Origin: Catajapyx aquilonaris
Lineage: Eukaryota
Direction: 5' to 3'
DNA: 20,212 nt
NCBI GenBank assembly: GCA_000934665.2
Contig: KZ538332.1
Location: 62,001-82,212 of the forward strand
Shown here: one piece after another, positions 1 through 9,516 of the stretch
Position numbering within the stretch: the first letter of the stretch is position 1
How the letters are laid out: the number at the start of each line of letters is the position of its first letter
Position numbers and translations under genes: made by a program
Notes under the pieces: model-generated
What the model saw: the letters and a program-made list of their open reading frames with translations, nothing else
Database searches by the model: none
What the model was told of the DNA's origin: nothing

Positions 1-827
1 TGAGAGATGGAATCAGTGCAGGAAGTATTATAGGAAGTGCTATTCACATCTTCAGAAAGAACACATAAGTCTTTTGTAGAACAGTGAAATTAATGATATA
101 TCTGCAAAACGTACATTTTATTTTTTGGGAGAACCATGTATGACCCAGGCCTCAAACTTAACATACTGAACCTTGTGTCGGTCACAACTAGTGTCACCAA
201 ATATGACTTATGTACCGTAAATACATCACTAATTGTCGGGGTCCTAATTCTTGGGCATGTGTCTGAGCAAGTGACAAACGAAATGTAAAAATAAATTTTA
301 GTTACATTTTAGAGAAAAGCTAATTCCATAGCTGCATTCTCCTGGTGTTTCTCTTTCTTTTGATATATATGTTCATTGGGTTTTGACCACTTCCACTAAT
401 TGAAAAAAATTCGCCCAAAAAAGGCCAAATTTTCGGCCAATTTCAAAGTTTCTCGATTTTTTCCCTCCCAATAGTATTGCGCAATGAGGCTGAAACTTGA
501 TATGCAGCATTATGGCATATGTCTGTACATCTGTGAATATTTTCACCAAGATCCAAGATGATGTAAACTCCTTTACTTGTCCCGTTTCTTCATCCTGCCA
601 GTAGTTTTAAGAATGTGGGATAGTTTGAAATTTTGGAAGCAAAATTGAATGTAACAATGTCAATAACTGAACCTGCATCATCACCATTACAACATTTCCC
701 TTTAGTGAAACCAGTCCCACCTCCTCATTGCTTCCATCTCTGCCTAAATATTCATTCTCCTCATAAATTTGAAATGCTTATTTGAAGTTTAAAAGTAAGT
801 GATTAATAATTTTTCTTCAATACCCAG

Positions 828-1212
828 GCCAGATGGAGTCTTGTATGACAAAGAGGCAGTGCTTGAGTACATAATAGCAAAACGCGATGAATTTGCTCGT
901 AAGAAGAAGGAGTATGAGCGCCAGAAGCGTCAAGCAGAGAAGGAAGAGGAAGAGGAGGCAGCCAACTCAAAGAGGGCCAAGTTGGATGCCTTCATACAAA
1001 AGGAGAAAGACATTGTCAATGGCAAGGAGCCACAGACTTCGTCCACCCCTTCTTCTGTAGGCTCAGTGACTCCAGCATCACGGGAGTCAGAGCCTGGTCC
1101 CAGCACTTCCAATACTGTGTCGAACATGACTGAGGGAAGGGAGAAAGAACTTCCTAGCTTTTGGATCCCTTCCAAGACACCACATGCCAAGAAGACAGTT
1201 CTTTCAAAACCG
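828..1212 (+). CDS. NOSIP: NOSIP internal coding exon (end of N-terminal U-box/RING-like region, charged coiled-coil, LPSFWIP motif)
   Basis: Acceptor ...ttcaatacccAG|G at 826-827 and donor CCG|GTAAAT at 1213. Translates PDGVLYDKEAVLEYII...ARKKKEYERQ...KELPSFWIPSKTP, recognisable NOSIP motifs. Upstream exon(s) are not in the window. Confidence 0.93.
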
Positions 1213-1396
1213 GTAAATTGAACTTGGTAAAGCTATTCCATCTCAGAGGGCACTTTCAGGTGACCAAATGCCTTTGGAAAACTAATAGCAGATGTTGCCA
1301 AATAAAGAAGTAGAGAACTGGAGGGTATGCATAACATACCTTATGCATTTGAATCTGCACAAGAGTGTACCATTAAAGTGTGAATGCAAAGATATA

Positions 1397-2127
1397 CAGA
1401 GTGGTCCAAGCATGCAAGTTGCTTTAGTTTCTTTGTAGCTGCTTGTGCCCCCCCCCCCGCCCCCCACCCCCNACAAACACCATGGGGTGATAGAGGGTAC
1501 CCGGCGTGACAATTTTCAACAATGAACCCATGCCATGGTTGGAAACTCCTTCTGCCGACATTATGGAGTGGTGAAGGTGTCAAATTAGCGCCTGCTGGTA
1601 GGCAACCAATGGCATGCGTGCAAGCATAGGGTAGGTAGCTCTACAGGTGCTTGTGAATGCTCATACCCATTTGATGTGCCTGTGTTGAGTTCCATGAAAA
1701 TTTTGAAGTCGCAGAAAAGCTACTGACCCCTACCACTTACCTGTCACCTTCACACTTTAATGTAGGCAAAATAAATGGGTAAGCGTTTGCAGCATGCATT
1801 TGCTAACGCCTGTATAACCCTATGCTGCCGTGCATGCCATAGGTTGCCTACCAGCCTGTGCTAATTTGACGCCTTTGCCACTCCATAGTGTCGACAGGAA
1901 GAGTTTCCAACCTTGGGTTCACTGTCAAAAATTGCCAGGCCAGGTTTCCTCTATCATGCCATGAAGCTTGTAGTTGTTCCCAGTCACCCTGTATAGCAAA
2001 TGCTATATTCAACCACCTGAGAGTAATTGGTCACTTGGATTAGGGCACAACAAGTTACACAAAAATAACTACTTCAGTTAATATTAGCAACTCAACTAAA
2101 AACAGCCATGATACATGGAACACCCTG
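1397..2127. mobile_element. Degenerate Tc1/mariner-type MITE, related to 3855-4434
   Basis: TA|CAGAGTGGTCCA left end and TGGAACACCCTG|TA right end. Carries the same subterminal motif GGGCACAACAAG(C/T)TACA as 3855-4434 in inverted orientation at about 1430-1451 and 2043-2060. Confidence 0.55.
1473..1971. mobile_element. Decayed foldback/MITE with ~200-bp inverted arms
   Basis: About 1473-1672 is the diverged reverse complement of about 1774-1971 (e.g. GTCAAATTAGC/GCTAATTTGAC, CTGGTAGGCAACC/GGTTGCCTACCAG). TSD not readable (N at 1472). Confidence 0.7.
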
Positions 2128-2274
2128 TATTTACTCAAAGAAACTTGGTGGCCTGATTCTAATGCCATCCAATATTATTATGCAAATGTTGTGGAAGCTG
2201 CTGGATCATTAATTTTATTCTTGCTTATATCTTGGGAGATGTATAATTTGCTTATTTGAATTTTGTGCCAACAG

Positions 2275-2462
2275 GACAAGACCATCTATTGTCCCATCAG
2301 TGGTAAGCCCTTAAAAATCAAGGATCTCATTGAAGTCAAGTTCACAGAAGTCAATGACCCAGATGATAAGAAGGCATTGATTGCGAAGACCAATCGATAC
2401 ATGTGTGCAGTGACCCATGACATTTTGAGCAACTCAGTGCCAAGCTGTGTCATTAAAACCAC
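2275..2462 (+). CDS. NOSIP: NOSIP coding exon (DKTIYCPISGKPLKIKDLIEVKF...RYMCAVTHDILSNSVPSCVIKT)
   Basis: Acceptor ttttgtgccaacAG at 2273-2274, in phase 0 with the previous exon (KP|DKT). Donor AC|GTGAGT at 2463. CPxSGKPL and YMCAVT motifs of the NOSIP C-terminal half. Confidence 0.93.
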
Positions 2463-2793
2463 GTGAGTTTGTTGTCTTTCAATTTTTTCCTGGCTGAGCA
2501 ATGGCCAATGGTGACTTATTTTGATCCCATATCGGCCATATGTTCGTGTGAGAAGTATGTCAAAATACTGGCTTAGGTAATTCATTTGCGTAATAAATCA
2601 TTGTTCAGCTATGCAATGAGGTCATTACTGAGACCCATTTTAGAAGCCAAAATTTTTGGTTGGAGCTTTGGGTAGGATCTTGTTAGAGCCACCATGCTAC
2701 CGCCTGTAGGGGGAATACGTTCAATTTTCGTGGCTATACAAGAGAACAACACTTAGGCAAAAAAAAAAAAAAACACACACACACACACACACA

Positions 2794-3067
2794 CATGTTA
2801 TAAAGTGCTATCCTTGTGAGGGTCTGGCAAAAATAAAAATTTAAAACTAACCTAACCTAACCTAACCTAACCTAACCTACAAAATACACACGAAATTTTG
2901 GTGACCTATTTTTTCACAGTAAAAAGGAGGTCTTGGTTTGATTTTCCGCCATCCTTGTGAGGACTGTGTACGTTATGAGGGCCTGAAAAAAGTCCTCGTA
3001 AGGTTTTCGGTCCTCACAAGGATAGGAAACTTGCGAAAAATATCCTCACAAGGATAGCAATGTCTGA
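2794..3067. mobile_element. (CA)n-embedded non-autonomous element, type A copy 1, with (TAACC)6
   Basis: Flanked by CA repeats. Inverted motif GCTATCCTTGTGAGG / CCTCACAAGGATAGC plus internal copies. Essentially identical to 9197-9465. Confidence 0.8.
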
Positions 3068-3077
3068 CCACACACAC

Positions 3078-3406
3078 TCTTGTCTTGACTAAGGCGTGGG
3101 GACGGACATTGATCACTTTTCACTGCGAGTGTAAACTGATCTAACCTAACCTAACCTAACCTAACCTACCTAACCTACCCTACCCTAAGTAACCTAGGCT
3201 GAGAAAAATGGACTTTTGTGAAACCCTATAAATGAAAATAGTGGGGACATGTCCCCACTAATTTACACATGTCCCCACTGTAATGGTACACTTCGCGTGT
3301 GTGAGACTGTGGGGACCGACAAATGTCCCCACAATTGGAACTGGTCCCCACAGCTACAGTAAAACCACAGACTTCCGTCCCCAGACCTTAGTCAAGACCT
3401 GATCAG
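3078..3406. mobile_element. (CA)n-embedded non-autonomous element, type B copy 1, with TAACC/TACCC tract
   Basis: TIR GTCTTGACTAAGG(CG/TC)TGGGGACGGA (23/25 match). Repeated GTGGGGAC/GTCCCCAC motifs. CA repeats on both sides. Homologous to 8841-9178. Confidence 0.8.
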
Positions 3407-3854
3407 ACACACACACACACACACACAATTTCGAGATAATTGAAGGCAAAGGATTTGATCTTGGCACTTGCTCACATGCCACTGAAGGCAGAAAAGCCTG
3501 GCTTGCTGACTCCATATGAGCCTTTGGGACCAAATGGACTTCACCAGGCAATACACCAGAAAAAGCCATCAAATGGTATAAGGGAGATCAGGGGTTGGTT
3601 GTAACACTTTTTAGTCTGGATTTTTGAATTCAGTTACATATGCATTTAGGCAAAGGTTTATGACATGGTGGAAATAAGGCAACATGCCTCTGTAAAATTT
3701 ACATGATAAAATTTTAAGATTAAAAATTGATAGAGTTATAAATATTTTTCCAAGGCAAGGCAGAGTGTTACAACCGACCCCATCATAGTGGCGGATGTAA
3801 CAGGGGACGGGGTTGATTGTAACACTATATGTCTTATGGGGGAAATTTAATATA

Positions 3855-4434
3855 CAGGGTGTTGCAAATACGTGGGCCGTTTTTTAAATAACTGATATCG
3901 CCTGATAGTAATTATTTTCTAGGTTGAGAGGCTGATGTTGGGTCGACCCCCCTGATCAAATCAGATTTCAAAGTAGTTATTTTCTGTAGCTTGTTGTGCC
4001 CCGATCGTGGTTTCCTATTACACCCAGGGGGTCGAATATAGCAATATGATAATAATGATAATAATAATGGATACCCCGTGATAAACCTCCTTGGGCTTTT
4101 TAGGGGATAATCTTTTAATTGACCGACTTTAATCATTGCCTTTGCTGTGATGGATTTTGATAGTGGGAGGAAACGGGAGAACCCCGAGAAAACCCATGCG
4201 AACACGGAGAGAACCCATCGAAACTCTATCCACATAAGTATCCTCTGTTCGATCCGGGGATCGAACTCGGGACCTTAGAGGTGGAAGGCTGCGGTGCTAA
4301 TCACTCCGCCACCATGTCGCCCTGTTGCTATAGAATAGGGCACGTCGTTAGGGGCACAACAAGCTACAAAAGATAACTATTATCAGGCAATATCAGTTTT
4401 TAAAAAAAATGACCCACGAATTTGGAACACCCTG
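3855..4434. mobile_element. Tc1/mariner-type MITE with TA TSD
   Basis: TA|CAGGGTGTTGCAAATACGTGGG ... CCCACGAATTTGGAACACCCTG|TA, with extended imperfect inverted arms. Interrupted by a SINE. Confidence 0.85.
4046..4322 (-). mobile_element. tRNA-derived SINE with V-SINE-like central domain
   Basis: Minus strand: A box TGGCGGAGTGA, B box GAGTTCGATCC, then GAGTTTCGATGGGTTCTCTCCGTGTTCGCATGGGTTTTCTCGGGGTTCTCCCGTTTCCTCCCAC, resembling the V-domain consensus as I recall it. (TTA/TCA)n tail. Confidence 0.8.
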
Positions 4435-5348
4435 TATAATTATATGGAAGAACAGTTTACACCCACTCATCTTCTCGACAATTCCCTTATAGCCTACTTG
4501 ATCCACCTAGATTACTCTTTACCTCTCGATACACTGGAATTAATTCAGCAGATAAGGATGACAAGAAAATGGATTTTTTATTCATATAAATTTTCGACAA
4601 ACTGGTTATAAGAGGCTTAATTGCACAAAATAATAACTACAGTACTATCGGATTTTTAAATACTGGTCCCTGTGTTTGACTCTAAATAACTCCCAGGAAA
4701 ATGGTCCAAAAAATAACTTTATACATCGTTAGAAAGCTTGTTTAAATCTACGTAACATATATGCGAGTTGTTTACCTACCTTCATCGTGTAATTTTTTAT
4801 CGCAAGAAGAACACGGAAAGGTGTCATATTTTGACTAGTTATTTACATTACTTCTCAGAGGCCAAAACATTCCCCTGTGAACCCTATATAGTGCAACTCT
4901 TTGTCTATCTAATGATATATTTGAAACTTAGAAATCACCATTTGTGTAATCAGTTATCTCGGCCGTTTATAAGCTGAATTACTTCGCGAATGTATCGACC
5001 GCAAGCCAGAAATGTGTGTGATAAAATTACACCATGATATATTACACTAAATATTTTAAACATATTTAAAAGTATCGCTGTCTATTCCTGCCAGATTATG
5101 AATGCCGGATTATGAATGGCTGAGATAACTGAGGTGTGCAATTAACTTAATTACGATAATGCAAATGGCGATTTCTAAGTTTCAAATATATCATTAAACA
5201 GACAAAGATTTGCACTATCCAGGGTTCACAGGGGTAATTTTTTGGCCTTCGAGAAGTCATCATCATATTCACGGCGTTTCCCAAACAGATATGGGGTTGC
5301 CAGCAGATATTGAGGAGGAGTTCCTCAATATCCCCATATGACCAAATA

Positions 5349-6080
5349 CAGGGTGTCCCACTACCTCCCGAACCGGGAAAATGGCGCACAACTGGTAAAC
5401 CACTTGATGTAGGGCGATGAAATTTTACAGGTACATACCTTGGTCTGTGACAGTAACATATTGTCATAGAAGTTGCTGAAAGTGGCCCCCGTTTGCGTCC
5501 AAGTAGGTCTGAACACAACGCTCCATGTTCGCGGAAGTGCAGGCCAGCATCTCGGGAGTTATCCCCTCAATTGCGGAACGGATATTTTCCTGCAGTGCTG
5601 GGATATTTCTTGGTTTGTTTTTGTAGACCTGTCCTTTTAGGTAACCCCACAGGAAATAATCCGGTGGAGTTAAATCGGGTGATCGTGGTGGCCAAATCCC
5701 CTTGGAAATGACTCGGCCTGGGAAGAAGGAATTGATGACGGCCATGCTGACCCTCGATGTGTGGCATGTTGCTCCGTGCTGCTGAAAGTAGCCAAATCAT
5801 GGATACACGATTTGACCGGAGGCTTCCGGCCACCTAACTTCTTCACGAATTCCACTTGACACTGCTTGAATGACTGGGTTCTCCAGTACGTGCGCACCAG
5901 AAACACGCGCTCTTCCAGAGTGTAGCGGTATATGCTTGCGCCTTATTCCGCTTAGCACACACCTGCAGCCAGTTTTTCTCATGGATCAAGCTATGTCCCC
6001 GTAAAATTTCATCGCCCTACATGAAGTGGTTTACCAGTTATGCGCCATTTTGCCGGTTCGGGAAGTAGTGGGACACCCTG
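5349..6080 (-). mobile_element. Internally deleted Tc1/mariner-superfamily transposon, ~90-bp TIRs, TA TSD
   Basis: TA|CAGGGTGTCCCACTAC...GTAGTGGGACACCCTG|TA. Minus strand encodes an N-terminal HTH (YTLEERVFLVRTYWRTQSFKQCQVEF...) joined out of frame near 5788 to C-terminal FQQHGATCH...WPPRSPDLTPPDYFLWGYLKGQVY...GGHFQQLL*. Confidence 0.92.
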
Positions 6081-6252
6081 TACATATACAAAAATAATCT
6101 GAATACTGGTCAGGTACTCACATATAATAAGGGGGGGATACAACAGATTGCCGACAGGGCAGGCCATGCTGGGATGTTGACTTCGGCGGTATCCCAGGTG
6201 ACGTAGACCAACAAAGGACGGGCAAGGCAGGAGGACCATCTCATAGTTGAGT

Positions 6253-6698
6253 CAGGGAGCATATACTACATAAGAGGGGCAAACTTCTGTCGGCGCCTTT
6301 GATGTTTGCGTCTCTCTGTTTATAGGGCGTTGCCAAGGCTGACGGCCATCTTGAAGTGTGTGGTACTCCAACGAGGTGTAAATAGGGTGCAGGCAAAAAT
6401 AGGGTCCGCCATCTTCGATGGTTTTGGCTGCCATGGCAACTACACGGCAAGAACACGCGCAATTTGAATTCGATATTGGAAAATGGGTAAGTAAATTGTT
6501 ATTGCCGTGTATTGCCATGGCTGCCAAAACCATCAAAGATGGCGGACCCCCGCGGACCTTGACGACCTGCCTGTACCCTATTTATACCTCGTTGGCGCAC
6601 CACACACTTCAAGATGGCCGCCAGCCTTGGCAACGCCCTATAAACAGAGAGACGTAAAAATCGAATGTTTGCGCCTCTTATGTAGTATATGCTCCCTG
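6253..6698. mobile_element. Palindromic MITE with 7-bp TSD (P/Galileo-like by TSD length)
   Basis: GTTGAGT|CAGGGAGCATATACTACATAAGAGG...CCTCTTATGTAGTATATGCTCCCTG|GTTGAGT. Arms of about 200 bp with a short spacer. The superfamily is inferred only. Confidence 0.85.
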
Positions 6699-8570
6699 GT
6701 TGAGTTGTTGGCACCACCAGACCAAAACCTGTCGCCGTGCATGGGACGAAGGAGGGCAGCAAAACCTCCAGGCTTCCGGAAGGAAGTGTCATAAAAAAAT
6801 AAATTTTGTGGCGTAACGTAAGCAACTAGTCAAAAAATGACACCTTTCCGTGTTCTTCTTGCGATAAAAAATTACACAATGAAGGTAGGTAAACAACTCG
6901 CATATATGTTACGTAGATTTAAACAAGCTTTCTAACGATGTATAAAGTTATTTTTTGGACCATTTTCCTGGGAGTTATTTAGAGTCAAACACAGGGGCCA
7001 GTATTTAAAAATCCGATAGTATTTCTACTCTCAATATGCTGTGAGATATGTAGCTGTAACATTTGTACACAGACTTGACCTTTATCTCCTGATTTTACCA
7101 TGTCACAACTGACCCCAAGGAAGCTGTTACAACTGTCCCCATTGTGTGTTGTCTTGCAGAGNNNNNNNNNNNNNNNNNNGTGGGTGCGCCTCTGACTAAA
7201 GGAACCTTTCTCATGATACCAAGAGCAATTCAATGGCATCTCTACCCTCCACAAATTCAGTTGATTACTGTCAGTCACAAAAGTTGGGAACAAACCTTGA
7301 GTTTGGTTTTTTGCGTATAGATTATAGAAGAACAAAAAACAAAAAAGCAGTAGCTTAGAGGCCATACTGGCACATGTACTGTGTGTGTTTCAGCTTCAGG
7401 GCCTTCCAAATGTATTTATTATTGGTTATGTTTCAATCATACCCTGTTACAACCAACCCCGATCTCCCCTACCTATATACTCGTAATTCAAAACCGCCAA
7501 AATTGGACTTAGTTTTTTTCTCTTGTATGTCCACACTTTGTTCATTTTTGTCTGAAATAATTCTGCAATTTTTTGGAGAATCAGAAGAACTAGTTGATAG
7601 CTTTACATACCACCAGATTGATTGATTTATAGGATTTTAATGGTGAAAGAGCAACCATGACCATACTGCACCAAAGAACAGTTACATTAATAAAATGAAT
7701 TAGAGATGCTGTACCTAATGGGTAAACAATTAAATGTAAAACCATAAATCCTTTAAGGATGAAATCCTACACTTTAAAGTTGAAGGAGTGAGGTAGAGAT
7801 AGAAAATTTATACAGGGTCATATTAAAAAATGCATGGATTATGAAACCCTATAACTCAAAAACATATCTGAGTGATTTAAGTTTTGAAATGCCTGTAGTT
7901 TTGGCCTTACCTCAGTATATTTCTATAGGAGCTCCTTTTGTCGCTTGGCAGATAATAAGATGGTGAGGTGTTTGGTCTATGCCAAACCTGCTCAATCCGT
8001 GTGGAGTTACTGTTGCGACGGCTGTTGTGATTATATCCTGTAGGTGCTGGAGACCCTGGATCTTTTCACCATACACAGTGCTCTTGATCTCCACAAGAAA
8101 AAGTCCAGTGGGGTAATATCTGGGCTTCCGGCGGGCCAGGCATCAGGGAACTTCTCATTCAAGACTTTGGCCATGGGCAGGCTGAACAAAATTGATGATA
8201 ATGAAACTTTCCTATGCCAGGTTTGTTTCACAGATCACCTGTTTATGTGAATGGGTAAATTAACCAGCATAATTGCCAATTTGGGAATCAGAGCAACCCA
8301 ATGAAATTCACGAGTATGTTTGTGGTTCTGAAAAAGTGAATGTTTAGTGTGGGCTGCTCTGTGACCATGTTGTTGGCCCTTCCCTTTTATGGAGAGCACC
8401 ATTACTGGAGTCACTTACCTGGACTTGCTTAAGGTATATGTTTTCCCACAAATTGAAGACTTGGACAGAGAACTTGGGAGTAGGACCATTCTCATGCAGG
8501 ACAGTGTACTATCGAGTTCAAATACTTTAGGCCACTTTATCCTGGCCATGAAGCAACCCTACACACACAC

Positions 8571-8830
8571 CCAGGCGCGCATTCCTATCCTTGTGAGGTT
8601 TTTCCAAAATTTAAAATTTAAAACTAACCTAACCTAACCTACAAGGAATCACACGAAATTTTGGTGAAATATTTTTACTGTCTTTATGAGGTATTTTTTC
8701 GATTTTTCCCTATCCTTGTGAGGCGTGTGTTCACTATGAGGTGCAGGAAAATTACCTCGTAATGACAAAATTCCTCACAAGGATAGGAAAAACGCGTAAA
8801 AATTTCCTCACAAGGATAGCAATACGCGCC
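8571..8830. mobile_element. (CA)n-embedded element, diverged type A variant, with (TAACC)3
   Basis: GGCGCGCATTCCTATCCTTGTGAGG...CCTCACAAGGATAGCAATACGCGCC. Collinear with 2794-3067. CA tracts on both sides. Confidence 0.8.
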
Positions 8831-8840
8831 CACACACACA

Positions 8841-9178
8841 GTTCTGTTCTGAATTAGCTGTGGGGACGTGAAAATTCCACTTTTCGAAGCTAGTGTAAAC
8901 TAACCTAACCTACCCTACCCTACCCTACCCTACCTAAACTACCCTACCCTCACTCACCTAGGCTGAGAAAAATGGACTTTTGTGAAACCCTACGAATGAA
9001 AATAGTGGGGACATGTCCCCACTATTTTTTTTACGTCCCCACTGTAATAGTACACAGCGCATGTTTTTTTAGTGGGGACCTGAAAATGTCCCCACAATTA
9101 AATTGTGGGGACACATGTCCCCACAGCTATAGTAAAAACACACAAACTTCCGTCCCCTGAGCTAATGCAAGACCTGTA
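8841..9178. mobile_element. (CA)n-embedded element, type B copy 2
   Basis: Collinear with 3078-3406 (shared CCTAGGCTGAGAAAAATGGACTTTTGTGAAACCCTA and GTGGGGACATGTCCCCAC). TAACC/TACCC tract. CA flanks. Confidence 0.8.
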
Positions 9179-9196
9179 CACACACACACACACACC

Positions 9197-9465
9197 CATG
9201 TTATAAAGTGCTATCCTTGTGAGGGTCTGGCAAAAATAAAAATTTAAAACTAACCTAACCTAACCTAACCTAACCTACAAAATACACACGAAATTTTGGT
9301 GACCTATTTTTTCACAGTAAAAAGGAGGTCTTGGTTTGATTTTCCGCCATCCTTGTGAGGACTGTGTACGTTATGAGGGCCTGAAAAAAGTCCTCGTAAG
9401 GTTTTCGGTCCTCACAAGGATAGGAAACTTGCGAAAAATATCCTCACAAGGATAGCAATGTCTGA
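9197..9465. mobile_element. (CA)n-embedded element, type A copy 2, with (TAACC)5
   Basis: Identical by eye to 2794-3067 except for one fewer TAACC unit. Followed by (CA)n to about 9514. Confidence 0.82.
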
Positions 9466-9471
9466 TCACCC

Positions 9472-9516
<45 letters not shown>

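Larger units (their letters stand above)
5258..6782 (-). mobile_element. Probable short non-LTR retro-insertion (~340 bp once nested elements are removed)
   Basis: Interrupts the foldback arm between GAAGT (5253-5257) and GAAGT (6783-6787), a possible TSD. Begins with (CAT)3, i.e. an (ATG)n tail on the minus strand, preceded by ACCCCATATCTGTTTGGG, reminiscent of RTE-type 3' ends. Confidence 0.45.
4645..7019. mobile_element. Foldback DNA element (TA TSD, CTATCGG termini) whose right arm is split by later insertions
   Basis: TA|CTATCGGATTTTTAAATAC...GTATTTAAAAATCCGATAG|TA. 196-bp terminal arms (4645-4840 vs 6824-7019) with 3 mismatches by manual count. Inner arms about 4850-4975 vs 5120-5257. 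Partial relative at 14678-15100. Confidence 0.88.
3579..7471. mobile_element. Old DNA transposon (possibly pogo/Tc-like) hosting a nest of later insertions
   Basis: Left AGGGAGATCAGGGGTTGGTTGTAACA and right TGTTACAACCAACCCCGATCTCCCC form a TIR pair with adjacent TA. Subterminal GGGG..TTGTAACA repeats at about 3766-3823 and 7100-7140. An 18-N gap (7162-7179) lies inside and exact ends are uncertain. Confidence 0.6.

Noticed and set aside
799..827. ORF-track N-terminus MINNFSSIPR as the NOSIP start
   Set aside because: GTG-initiated read-through of intron sequence upstream of the AG acceptor. Likewise 2263-2274.
930..1190. Antisense ORFs over NOSIP exons (also 2286-2585)
   Set aside because: Shadow frames of real exons with no recognisable motifs.
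1448..1472. C-run as a G-quadruplex or regulatory element
   Set aside because: Adjacent to an N, so base calls are unreliable, and it lies at a TE junction.
2848..2877. (TAACC)n as a telomere or chromosome-fusion relic
   Set aside because: Only a few units, at a fixed position inside repeated mobile modules within an intron.
5464..5745. Functional or domesticated transposase
   Set aside because: Only the C-terminal fragment. The first catalytic region is deleted and the second Asp reads His.
6241..6825. Overlapping ORFs on both strands with similar peptides
   Set aside because: Mirror translations of a palindromic MITE. The same applies to ORFs at 4768/5147, 11334-11773 and 16431-16631.
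8561..9514. CRISPR-like repeat-spacer array
   Set aside because: Eukaryotic intron. The repeats are CA microsatellites and the intervening units are 260-340-bp repeated TIR elements. No cas genes.
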